From Eledone cirrhosa (lineage: Eukaryota): 64,000 nucleotides of DNA. The stretch spans positions 36,952,001 through 37,016,000 of the forward strand of contig OZ024758.1 in the NCBI GenBank assembly GCA_964016885.1, written 5' to 3'. Shown here piece by piece: positions 1-12,400 of the stretch. How positions within the stretch are numbered: the first letter of the stretch is position 1; each line of letters begins with the position of its first letter. The notes beneath the pieces are model-generated. The model was not told the DNA's origin. It did no database searches and was given only the letters and a program-made list of their open reading frames with translations. Both the position numbers and the translations under genes were made by a program.

Positions 1-3000
1 TGAGAATTCATTTAAGTTCATGGTACTAGCTGTCAGAAGTAACCCCAATGTTGGTGAGAATTCATTTAAGTTCATGGTATTAGCTGTCAGAAGTCACTCC
101 AATGTTGGTGAGAATTCATTTAAGTTCATGGTATTAGCTGTGAGAAGTCACTCCACTGTTGGTGAGAATTCATTTAAGTTCATGGTATTAGCTGTCAGAA
201 GTACCTCCACTGTTGGTGAGAATTCATTTAAGTTCATGGTATTAGCTGTCAGAAGTAACTCCACTGTTGGTGAGAATTCATTTAAGTTCATGGTATTAGC
301 TGTCAGAAGTAACTCCACTGTTGGTGAGAATTCATTTAAGTTCATGGTACTAGTTGTCAGAAGTAACTCCACTGTTGGTGAGAATTCATTTAAGTTCATG
401 TTACTAGCTGTCAGAAGTAACTCCACTGTTGGTGAGAATTCATTTAAGTTCATGGTATTAGTTTGTCAGAAGTAACTCCACTGTTGGTGAGAATTCATTT
501 AAGTTCATGGTACTAGCTGTCAGAAGTAACTCCAATGTTGGTGAGAATTCATTTAAGTTCATGGTATTAGCTGTCAGAAGTAACTCCACTGTTGGTGAGA
601 ATTCATTTAAGTTCATGGTACTAGCTGTCAGAAGTAACTCCAATGTTGGTGAGAATTCATTTAAGTTCATGGTATTAGCTGTCAGAAGTAACTCCACTGT
701 TGGTGAGAATTCATTTAAGTCATGGTATTAGCTGTCAGAAGTAACTCCAATGTTGGTGAGAATTCATTTAAGTTCATGGTATTAGCTGTCAGAAGTAACT
801 CCACTGTTGGTGAGAATTCATTTAAGTTCACGGTACTAGCTGTCAGAAGTAACTCCACTGTTGGTGAGAATTCATTTAAGTTCATGGTATTAGTTTGTCA
901 GAAGTAACTCCACTGTTGGTGAGAATTCATTTAAGTCGTGGTATTAGTTGTCAGAAGTTTACTCCAATGTTGGTGAGAATTCATTTAAGTTCATGGTACT
1001 AGCTGTCAGAAGTAACTCCACTGTTGGTGAGAATTCATTTAAGTTCATGGTATTAGCTGTCAGAAGTAACTCCACTGTTGGTGAGAATTGATTTAAGTTC
1101 ATGGTACTAGCTGTCAGAAGTAACTCCACTGTTGGTGAGAATTCATTTAAGTTCATGGTATTAGCTGTCAGAAGTAACTCCACTGTTGGTGAGAATTGAT
1201 TTAAGTTCATGGTACTAGCTGTCAGAAGTAACTCCACTGTTGGTGAGAATTCAGTTAAGTTCATGGTACTAGCCGTCAGAAGTAACTCCACTGTTGGTGA
1301 GGATTCAGTTAAGTTCATGGTATTAGTTGTCAGAAGAAACTCCACTGTTGGTGAGAATTCATTTAAGTTCATGGTACTAGCTGTCAGAAGTAACTCCACT
1401 GTTGGTGAGAATTCATTTAAGTTCATGGTATTAGCTGTCAGAAGTAACTCCACTGTTGGTGAGAATTCATTTAAGTCATGGTATTAGTTGTCAGAAGTAA
1501 CTCCAATGTTGGTGAGAATTCATTTAAGTTCATGGTACTAGCTGTCAGAAGTAACTCCACTGTTGGTGAGAATTCATTTAAGTTCATGGTATTAGCTGTC
1601 AGAAGTAACTCCACTGTTGGTGAGAATTCATTTAAGTCATGGTATTAGCTGTCAGAAGTAACTCCAATGTTGGTGAGAATTCATTTAAGTCTTGGTACTA
1701 GCTGTCAGAAGTAACTCCAATGTTGGTGAGAATTCAGTTAAGTTCATGGTATTAGCTGTCAGAAGGAACTCCACTGTTGGTGAGAATTCATTTAAGTTCA
1801 TGGTATTAGCTGTCAGAAGTAACTCCACTGTTGGTGAGAATTCATTTAAGTTCATGGTACTAGCTGTCAGAAGTAACTCCACTGTTGGTGAGAATTCATT
1901 TAAGTTCATGGTACTAGCCGTCAGAAGTAACTCCACTGTTGGTGAGAATTCAGTTAAGTTCATGGTATTAGTTGTCAGAAGTAACTCCACTGTTGGTGAG
2001 AATTCATTTAAATCATGGTATTAGTTGTCAGAAGTAACTCCAATGTTGGTGAGAATTCATTTAAGTTCATGGTACTAGCTGTCAGAAGTAACTCCACTGT
2101 TGGTGAGAATTCATTTAAGTTCATGGTATTAGCTGTCAGAAGTAACTCCACTGTTGGTGGGAATTCATTTAAGTCATGGTATTAGCTGTCAGAAGTAACT
2201 CCATTGTTGGTGAGAATTCATTTAAGTCATGGTACTAGCTGTCAGAAGTAACTCCACTGTTGGTGAGAATTCATTTAAGTTCATGGTATTAGCTGTCAGA
2301 AGGAACTCCACTGTTGGTAAGAATTCATTTAAGTTCATGGTATTAGCTGTCAGAAGTAACTCCACTGTTGGTGAGAATTCATTTAAGTTCATGGTACTAG
2401 CTGTCAGAAGTAACTCCACTGTTGGTGAGAATTCATTTAAGTTCATGGTACTAGCTGTCAGAAGTAACTCCACTGTTGGTGAGAATTCATTTAAGTTCAT
2501 GGTACTAGCTGTCAGAAGTAACCCCAATGTTGGTGAGAATTCATTTAAGTTCATGGTATTAGCTGTCAGAAGTCACTCCAATGTTGGTGAGAATTCATTT
2601 AAGTTCATGGTATTAGCTGTGAGAAGTCACTCCACTGTTGGTGAGAATTCATTTAAGTTCATGGTATTAGCTGTCAGAAGTACCTCCACTGTTGGTGAGA
2701 ATTCATTTAAGTTCATGGTATTAGCTGTCAGAAGTAACTCCACTGTTGGTGAGAATTCATTTAAGTTCATGGTATTAGCTGTCAGAAGTAACTCCACTGT
2801 TGGTGAGAATTCATTTAAGTTCATGGTACTAGCTGTCAGAAGTAACTCCACTGTTGGTGAGAATTCATTTAAGTTCATGGTACTAGCTGTCAGACGTAAC
2901 TCCACTGTTGGTGAGAATTCATTTAAGTTCATGGTACTAGCTGTCAGAAGTAACCCCAATGTTGGTGAGAATTCATTTAAGTTCATGGTATTAGCTGTCA

Positions 3001-4780
3001 GAAGTCACTCCAATGTTGGTGAGAATTCATTTAAGTTCATGGTATTAGCTGTGAGAAGTCACTCCACTGTTGGTGAGAATTCATTTAAGTTCATGGTATT
3101 AGCTGTCAGAAGTACCTCCACTGTTGGTGAGAATTCATTTAAGTTCATGGTATTAGCTGTCAGAAGTAACTCCACTGTTGGTGAGAATTCATTTAAGTTC
3201 ATGGTATTAGCTGTCAGAAGGAACTCCAATGTTGGTGAGAATTCATTTAAGTCATGGTACTAGGTGTCAGAAGTAACTCCACTGTTGGTGAGAATTCATT
3301 TAAGTTCATGGTATTAGCTGTCAGAAGTAACTCCACTGTTGGTGAGAATTCATTTAAGTTCATGGTACTAGCTGTCAGAAGTAACTCCAATGTTGGTGAG
3401 AATTCATTTAAGTTCATGGTATTAGCTGTCAGAAGGAACTCCACTGTTGGTGAGAATTCATTTAAGTTCATGGTATTAGCTGTCAGAAGTAACTCCACTG
3501 TTGGTGAGAATTCATTTAAGTTCATGGTACTAGTTGTCAGAAGTAACTCCACTGTTGGTGAGAATTCATTTAAGTTCATGTTACTAGCTGTCAGAAGTAA
3601 CTCCACTGTTGGTGAGAATTCATTTAAGTTCATGGTATTAGTTTGTCAGAAGTAACTCCACTGTTGGTGAGAATTCATTTAAGTTCATGGTACTAGCTGT
3701 CAGAAGTAACTCCAATGTTGGTGAGAATTCATTTAAGTTCATGGTATTAGCTGTCAGAAGTAACTCCACTGTTGGTGAGAATTCATTTAAGTTCATGGTA
3801 CTAGCTGTCAGAAGTAACTCCAATGTTGGTGAGAATTCATTTAAGTTCATGGTATTAGCTGTCAGAAGTAACTCCACTGTTGGTGAGAATTCATTTAAGT
3901 CATGGTATTAGCTGTCAGAAGTAACTCCAATGTTGGTGAGAATTCATTTAAGTTCATGGTATTAGCTGTCAGAAGTAACTCCACTGTTGGTGAGAATTCA
4001 TTTAAGTTCACGGTACTAGCTGTCAGAAGTAACTCCACTGTTGGTGAGAATTCATTTAAGTTCATGGTATTAGTTTGTCAGAAGTAACTCCACTGTTGGT
4101 GAGAATTCATTTAAGTCGTGGTATTAGTTGTCAGAAGTTTACTCCAATGTTGGTGAGAATTCATTTAAGTTCATGGTACTAGCTGTCAGAAGTAACTCCA
4201 CTGTTGGTGAGAATTCATTTAAGTTCATGGTATTAGCTGTCAGAAGTAACTCCACTGTTGGTGAGAATTGATTTAAGTTCATGGTACTAGCTGTCAGACG
4301 TAACTCCACTGTTGGTGAGAATTCATTTAAGTTCATGGTATTAGCTGTCAGAAGTAACTCCACTGTTGGTGAGAATTCATTTAAGTTCATGGTACTAGCT
4401 GTCAGAAGTAACTCCACTGTTGGTGAGAATTCAGTTAAGTTCATGGTATTAGTTGTCAGAAGTAACTCCACTGTTGGTGAGAATTCATTTAAATCATGGT
4501 ATTAGTTGTCAGAAGTAACTCCAATGTTGGTGAGAATTCATTTAATTTCATGGTACTAGCTGTCAGAAGTAACTCCACTGTTGGTGAGAAATCATTTAAG
4601 TCATGGTATTAGTTGTCAGAAGTAACTCCAATGTTGGTGAGAATTCATTTAAGTTCATGGTACTAGCTGTCAGAAGTAACTCCACTGTTGGTGAGAATTC
4701 ATTTAAGTTCATGGTATTAGCTGTCAGAAGTAACTCCACTGTTGGTGAGAATTCATTTAAGTCATGGTATTAGTTGTCAG
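1..4780. repeat. Copy A of a near-identical >=4.7 kb block; partner at +16686
   Basis: ORF coordinates repeat at offset 16686 (20/16706, 959/17645, 2229/18915, 4281/20967). Rare variants are shared (GAGGATTCAG, CTAGGTG, AGAAGTTTAC). Differences I noticed: 9/16695, 1599/18285, 4499/21185. Confidence 0.9.
2499..3220. repeat. Local 432-bp (8-monomer) periodicity; also at 19185-19906
   Basis: The variant run AACCCCAAT / GTCACTCCAAT / GTGAGAAGTCAC / GTACCTCC starts at 2499 and again at 2931. Confidence 0.85.
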
Positions 4781-7359
4781 AGGTAACTCCAATGTTGGTG
4801 AGAATTCATTTAAGTTCATGGTACTAGCTGTCAGAAGTAACTCCACTGTTGGTGAGAATTCATTTAAGTTCATGGTATTAGCTGTCAGAAGTAACTCCAC
4901 TGTTGGTGAGAATTCATTTAAGTCATGGTATTAGCTGTCAGAAGTAACTCCAATGTTGGTCAGAATTCATTTAAGTCATGGTACTAGCTGTCAGAAGTAA
5001 CTCCAATGTTGGTGAGAATTCAGTTAAGTTCATGGTATTAGCTGTCAGAAGGAACTCCACTGTTGGTGAGAATTCATTTAAGTTCATGGTATTAGCTGTC
5101 AGAAGTAACTCCACTGTTGGTGAGAATTCATTTAAGTTCATGGTACTAGCTGTCAGAAGTAACTCCACTGTTGGTGAGAATTCATTTAAGTTCATGGTAC
5201 TAGCTGTCAGAAGTAACTCCACTGTTGGTGAGAATTCATTTAAGTTCATGGTATTAGCTGTCAGAAGTAACTCCACTGTTGGTGAGAATTCATTTAAGTT
5301 TATGGTACTAGTTGTCAGAAGTAACTCCACTGTTGGTGAGAATTCATTTAAGTTCATGGTATTAGTTGTCAGAAGTAACTCCACTGTTGGTGAGAATTCA
5401 TTTAAGTCATGGTATTAGTTGTCAGAAGTAACTCCAATGTTGGTGAGAATTCATTTAAGTTCATGGTATTAGCTGTCAGAAGTCACTCCAATGTTGGTGA
5501 GAATTCATTTAAGTTCATGGTATTAGCTGTCAGAAGTAACTCCACTGTTGGTGAGAATTCATTTAAGTTCATGGTATTAGCTGTCAGAAGTAACTCCACT
5601 GTTGGTGAGAATTCATTTAAGTTCATGGTATTAGCTGTCAGAAGAAACTCCACTGTTGGTGAGAATTCATTTAAGTTCATGGTATTAGCTGTTAGATGGA
5701 ACTCCAATGTTGGTGAGAATTCATTTAAGTCATGGTACTAGCTGTCAGAAGTAACTCCACTGTTGGTGAGAATTCATTTAAGTTCATGGTATTAGCTGTC
5801 AGAAGGAACGCCACTGTTGGTGAGAATTCATTTAAGTTCATGGTATTAGCTGTCAGAAGTAACTCCACTGTTGGTGAGAATTCATTTAAGTTCATGGTAC
5901 TAGTTGTCAGAAGTAACTCCACTGTTGGTGAGAATTCATTTAAGTTCATGGTATTAGTTGTCAGAAGTAACTCCACTGTTGGTGAGAATTCATTTAAGTC
6001 ATGGTATTAGTTGTCAGAAGTAACTCCAATGTTGGTGAGAATTCATTTAAGTCATGGTACTAGCTGTCAGAAGTAACTCCAATGTTGGTGAGAATTCATT
6101 TAAGTTCATGGTATTAGCTGTCAGAAGGAACTCCACTGTTGGTGAGAATTCATTTAAGTTCATGGTATTAGCTGTCAGAAGTAACTCCACTGTTGGTGAG
6201 AATTCATTTAAGTTCATGGTACTAGCTGTCAGAAGTAACTCCACTGTTGGTGAGAATTCATTTAAGTTCATGGTATTAGCTGTCAGAAGTAACTCCACTG
6301 TTGGTGAGAATTCATTTAAGTCATGGTATTAGCTGTCAGAAGTAACTCCATTGTTGGTGAGAATTCATTTAAGTCATGGTACTAGCTGTCAGAAGTAACT
6401 CCACTGTTGGTGAGAATTCATTTAAGTTCATGGTATTAGCTGTCAGAAGGATCTCCACTGTTGGTGAGAATTCATGTAACTTCATGGTACTAGCTGTCAG
6501 AAGTAACTCTACTGTTGGTGAGAATTCATTTAAGTTCATGGTATTAGTTTGTCAGAAGTAACTCCACTGTTGGTGAGAATTCATTTAAGTCATGGTATTA
6601 GTTGTCAGAAGTAACTCCAATGTTGGTGAGAATTCATTTAAGTCATGGTACTAGCTGTCAGAAGTAACTCCAATGTTGGTGAGAATTCATTTAAGTTCAT
6701 CGTATTAGCTGTCAGAAGGAACTCCACTGTTGGTGAGAATTCATTTAAGTTCATGGTACTAGCTGTCAGAAGTCACTCCACTGTTGGTGAGAATTCATTT
6801 AAGTTCATGGCATTAGTTTGTCAGAAGTAACTCCACTGTTGGTGAGAATTCATTTAAGTCATGGTATTAGTTGTCAGAAGTAACTCCAATGTTGGTGAGA
6901 ATTCATTTAAGTTCATGGTACTAGCTGTCAGAAGTAACTCCACTGTTGGTGAGAATTCATTTAAGTTCATGGTATTAGCTGTCAGAAGTAACTCCACTGT
7001 TGGTGAGAATTCATTTAAGTCATGGTATTAGCTGTCAGAAGTAACTCCAATGTTGGTGAGAATTCATTTAAGTCATGGTACTAGCTGTCAGAAGTAACTC
7101 CAATGTTGGTGAGAATTCATTTAAGTTCATGGTATTAGCTGTCAGAAGTCACTCCAATGTTGGTGAGAATTCATTTAAGTTCATGGTATTAGCTGTCAGA
7201 AGTAACTCCACTGTTGGTGAGAATTCATTTAAGTTCATGGTATTAGCTGTCAGAAGTAACTCCACTGATGGTGAGAATTCATTTAAGTTCATGGTATTAG
7301 CTGTCAGAAGAAACTCCACTGTTGGTGAGAATTCATTTAAGTTCATGGTATTAGCTGTT

Positions 7360-9410
7360 AGATGGAACTCCAATGTTGGTGAGAATTCATTTAAGTCATG
7401 GTACTAGCTGTCAGAAGTAACTCCACTGTTGGTGAGAATTCATTTAAGTTCATGGTATTAGCTGTCAGAAGGAACGCCACTGTTGGTGAGAATTCATTTA
7501 AGTTCATGGTATTAGCTGTCAGAAGTAACTCCACTGTTGGTGAGAATTCATTTAAGTCCATGGTACTAGTTGTCAGAAGTAACTCCACTGTTGGTGAGAA
7601 TTCATTTAAGTTCATGGTATTAGTTGTCAGAAGTAACTCCACTGTTGGTGAGAATTCATTTAAGTCATGGTATTAGTTGTCAGAAGTAACTCCAATGTTG
7701 GTGAGAATTCATTTAAGTCATGGTACTAGCTGTCAGAAGTAACTCCAATGTTGGTGAGAATTCATTTAAGTTCATGGTATTAGCTGTCAGAAGGAACTCC
7801 ACTGTTGGTGAGAATTCATTTAAGTTCATGGTATTAGCTGTCAGAAGTAACTCCACTTTTGGTGAGAATTCATTTAAGTTCATGGTACTAGCTGTCAGAA
7901 GTAACTCCACTGTTGGTGAGAATTCATTTAAGTCATGGTATTAGCTGTCAGAAGTAACTCCACTGTTGGTGAGAATTCATTTAGGTTCATGGTATTAGCT
8001 GACAGAAGTAACTCCACTGTTGGTGAGAATTCATTTAAGTTCATGGTACTAGCTGTCAGAAGTAACTCCACTGTTGGTGAGAATTCATTTAAGTTCATGG
8101 TATTAGTTTGTCAGAAGTAACTCCACTGTTGGTGAGAATTCATTTAAGTCATGGTATTAGTTGTCAGAGGTAACTCCAATGTTGGTGAGAATTCATTTAA
8201 GTTCATGGTACTAGCTGTCAGAAGTAACTCCACTGTTGGTGAGAATTCATTTAAGTTCATGGTATTAGCTGTCAGAAGTAACTCCACTGTTGGTGAGAAT
8301 TCATTTAAGTCATGGTATTAGCTGTCAGAAGTAACTCCACTGTTGGTGAGAATTCATTTAAGTTCATGGTATTAGCTGTCAGAAGAAACTCCACTGTTGG
8401 TGAGAATTCATTTACGTTCATGGTATTAGCTGTTAGATGGAACTCCAATGTTGGTGAGAATTCATTTAAGTCATGGTACTAGCTGTCAGAAGTAACTCCA
8501 CTGTTGGTGAGAATTCATTTAAGTTCATGGTATTAGCTGTCAGAAGGAACGCCACTGTTGGTGAGAATTCATTTAAGTTCATGGTATTAGCTGTCAGAAG
8601 TAACTCCACTGTTGGTGAGAATTCATTTAAGTTCATGGTACTAGTTGTCAGAAGTAACTCCACTGTTGGTGAGAATTCATTTAAGTTCATGGTATTAGTT
8701 GTCAGAAGTAACTCCACTGTTGGTGAGAATTCATTTAAGTCATGGTATTAGTTGTCAGAAGTAACTCCAATGTTGGTGAGAATTCATTTAAGTCATGGTA
8801 CTAGCTGTCAGAAGTAACTCCAATGTTGGTGAGAATTCATTTAAGTTCATGGTATTAGCTGTCAGAAGGAACTCCACTGTTGGTGAGAATTCATTTAAGT
8901 TCATGGTATTAGCTGTCAGAAGTAACTCCACTGTTGGTGAGAATTCATTTAAGTTCATGGTACTAGCTGTCAGAAGTAACTCCACTGTTGGTGAGAATTC
9001 ATTTAAGTCATGGTATTAGCTGTCAGAAGTAACTCCACTGTTGGTGAGAATTCATTTAGGTTCATGGTATTAGCTGACAGAAGTAACTCCACTGTTGGTG
9101 AGAATTCATTTAAGTTCATGGTACTAGCTGTCAGAAGTAACTCCACTGTTGGTGAGAATTCATTTAAGTTCATGGTATTAGTTTGTCAGAAGTAACTCCA
9201 CTGTTGGTGAGAATTCATTTAAGTCATGGTATTAGTTGTCAGAGGTAACTCCAATGTTGGTGAGAATTCATTTAAGTTCATGGTACTAGCTGTCAGAAGT
9301 AACTCCACTGTTGGTGAGAATTCATTTAAGTTCATGGTATTAGCTGTCAGAAGTAACTCCACTGTTGGTGAGAATTCATTTAAGTCATGGTATTAGCTGT
9401 CAGAAGTAAC
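7360..9410. repeat. Tandem duplication with 1075-bp period (20 monomers)
   Basis: ORF pairs 7391/8466, 7713/8788, 7935/9010. Shared rare variants GTTAGATGG, TTAGGTTC, GCTGACAG, CAGAGGTAAC. Boundaries approximate. Confidence 0.8.
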
Positions 9411-12400
9411 TCCAATGTTGGTGAGAATTCATTTAAGTCATGGTACTAGCTGTCAGAAGTAACTCCAATGTTGGTGAGAATTCAGTTAAGTTCATGGTAT
9501 TAGCTGTCAGAAGGAACTCCACTGTTGGTGAGAATTCATTTAAGTTCATGGTATTAGCTGTCAGAAGTAACTCCACTGTTGGTGAGAATTCATTTAAGTT
9601 CATGGTACTAGCTGTCAGAAGTAACTCCACTGTTGGTGAGAATTCATTTAAGTTCATGGTACTAGCTGTCAGAAGTAACTCCACTGTTGGTGAGAATTCA
9701 GTTAAGTTCATGGTATTAGTTGTCAGAAGTAACTCCACTGTTGTTGAGAATTCATTTAAACCATGGTATTAGTTGTCAGAAGTAACTCCAATGTTGGTGA
9801 GAATTCATTTAAGTTCATGGTACTAGCTGTCAGAAGTAACTCCACTGTTGGTGAGAATTCATTTAAGTTCATGGTATTAGCTGTCAGAAGTAACTCCACT
9901 GTTGGTGAGAATTCATTTAAGTTCATGGTACTAGTTGTCAGAAGTAACTCCACTGTTGGTGAGAATTCATTTAAGTTCATGGTATTAGTTGTCAGAAGTA
10001 ACTCCACTGTTGGTGAGAATTCATTTAAGTCATGGTATTAGTTGTCAGAAGTAACTCCAATGTTGGTGAGAATTCATTTAAGTTCATGGTACTAGCTGTC
10101 AGAAGTAACTCCACTGTTGGTGAGAATTCATTTAAGTTCATGGTATTAGCTGTCAGAAGTAACTCCACTGTTGGTGAGAATTCATTTAAGTCATGGTATT
10201 AGCTGTCAGAAGTAACTCCATTGTTGGTGAGAATTCATTTAAGTCATGGTACTAGCTGTCAGAAGTAACTCCACTGTTGGTGAGAATTCATTTAAGTTCA
10301 TGGTATTAGCTGTCAGAAGGAACTCCACTGTTGGTGAGAATTCATTTAAGTTCATGGTACTAGCTGTCAGAAGTAACTCCACTGTTGGTGAGAATTCATT
10401 TAAGTTCATGGTATTAGTTTGTCAGAAGTAACTCCACTGTTGGTGAGAATTCATTTAAGTCATGGTATTAGTTGTCAGAAGTAACTCCAATGTTGGTGAG
10501 AATTCATTTAAGTCATGGTACTAGCTGTCAGAAGTAACTCCAATGTTGGTGAGAATTCATTTAAGTTCATGGTATTAGCTGTCAGAAGGAACTCCACTGT
10601 TGGTGAGAATTCATTTAAGTTCATGGTATTCGCTGTCAGAAGTAACTCCACTGTTGGTGAGAATTCATTTAAGTTCAAGGTACTAGCTGTCAGAAGTAAC
10701 AACAATGTTGGTGAGAATTCATTTAAGTTCATGGTAATAGCTGTCAGAAGTAACTCCACTGTTGGTGAGAATTCATTTAAGTTCATGGTATTAGCTGTCA
10801 GAAGTAACTCCACTGTTGGTGAGAATTCATTTAAGTTCATGGTACTAGCTGTCAGAAGTAACTCCACTGTTGGTGAGAATTCATTTAAGTTCATGGTATT
10901 AGTTGTCAGAAGTAACTCCACTGTTGGTGAGAATTCATTTAAGTTCATGGTATTAGCTGTCAGAAGGAACTCCACTGTTGGTGAGAATTCATTTAAGTTC
11001 ATGGTATTAGCTGTCAGAAGTAACTCCACTGTTGGTGAGAATTCATTTAAGTTCATGGTACTATTTGTCAGAAGTAACTCCACTGTTGGTGAGAATTCAT
11101 TTAAGTTCATGTTACTAGCTGTCAGAAGTAACTCCACTGTTGGTGAGAATTCATTTAAGTTCATGGTATTAGTTGTCAGAAGTAACTCCAATGTTGGTGA
11201 GAATTCATTTAAGTCATGGTACTAGCTGTCAGAAGTAACTCCAATGTTGGTGAGAATTCATTTAAGTTCATGGTATTAGCTGTCAGAAGGAACTCCACTG
11301 TTGGTGAGAATTCATTTAAGTTCATGGTATTAGCTGTCAGAAGTAACTCCACTTTTGGTGAGAATTCATTTAAGTTCATGGTACTAGCTGTCAGAAGTAA
11401 CTCCACTGTTGGTGAGAATTCATTTAAGTCATGGTATTAGCTGTCAGAAGTAACTCCACTGTTGGTGAGAATTCATTTAGGTTCATGGTATTAGCTGACA
11501 GAAGTAACTCCACTGTTGGTGAGAATTCATTTAAGTTCATGGTACTAGCTGTCAGAAATAACTCCACTGTTGGTGAGAATTCATTTAAGTTCATGGTATT
11601 AGTTTGTCAGAAGTAACTCCACTGTTGGTGAGAATTCATTTAAGTCATGGTATTAGTTGTCAGAGGTAACTCCAATGTTGGTGAGAATTCATTTAAGTTC
11701 ATGGTACTAGCTGTCAGAAGTAACTCCACTGTTGGTGAGAATTCATTTAAGTTCATGGTATTAGCTGTCAGAAGTAACTCCACTGTTGGTGAGAATTCAT
11801 TTAAGTCATGGTATTAGCTGTCAGAAGTAACTCCACTGTTGGTGAGAATTCATTTAAGTTCATGGTATTAGCTGTCAGAAGAAACTCCACTGTTGGTGAG
11901 AATTCATTTACGTTCATGGTATTAGCTGTTAGATGGAACTCCAATGTTGGTGAGAATTCATTTAAGTCATGGTACTAGCTGTCAGAAGTAACTCCACTGT
12001 TGGTGAGAATTCATTTAAGTTCATGGTATTAGCTGTCAGAAGGAACGCCACTGTTGGTGAGAATTCATTTAAGTTCATGGTATTAGCTGTCAGAAGTAAC
12101 TCCACTGTTGGTGAGAATTCATTTAAGTTCATGGTACTAGTTGTCAGAAGTAACTCCACTGTTGGTGAGAATTCATTTAAGTTCATGGTATTAGTTGTCA
12201 GAAGTAACTCCACTGTTGGTGAGAATTCATTTAAGTCATGGTATTAGTTGTCAGAAGTAACTCCAATGTTGGTGAGAATTCATTTAAGTCATGGTACTAG
12301 CTGTCAGAAGTAACTCCAATGTTGGTGAGAATTCATTTAAGTTCATGGTATTAGCTGTCAGAAGGAACTCCACTGTTGGTGAGAATTCATTTAAGTTCAT

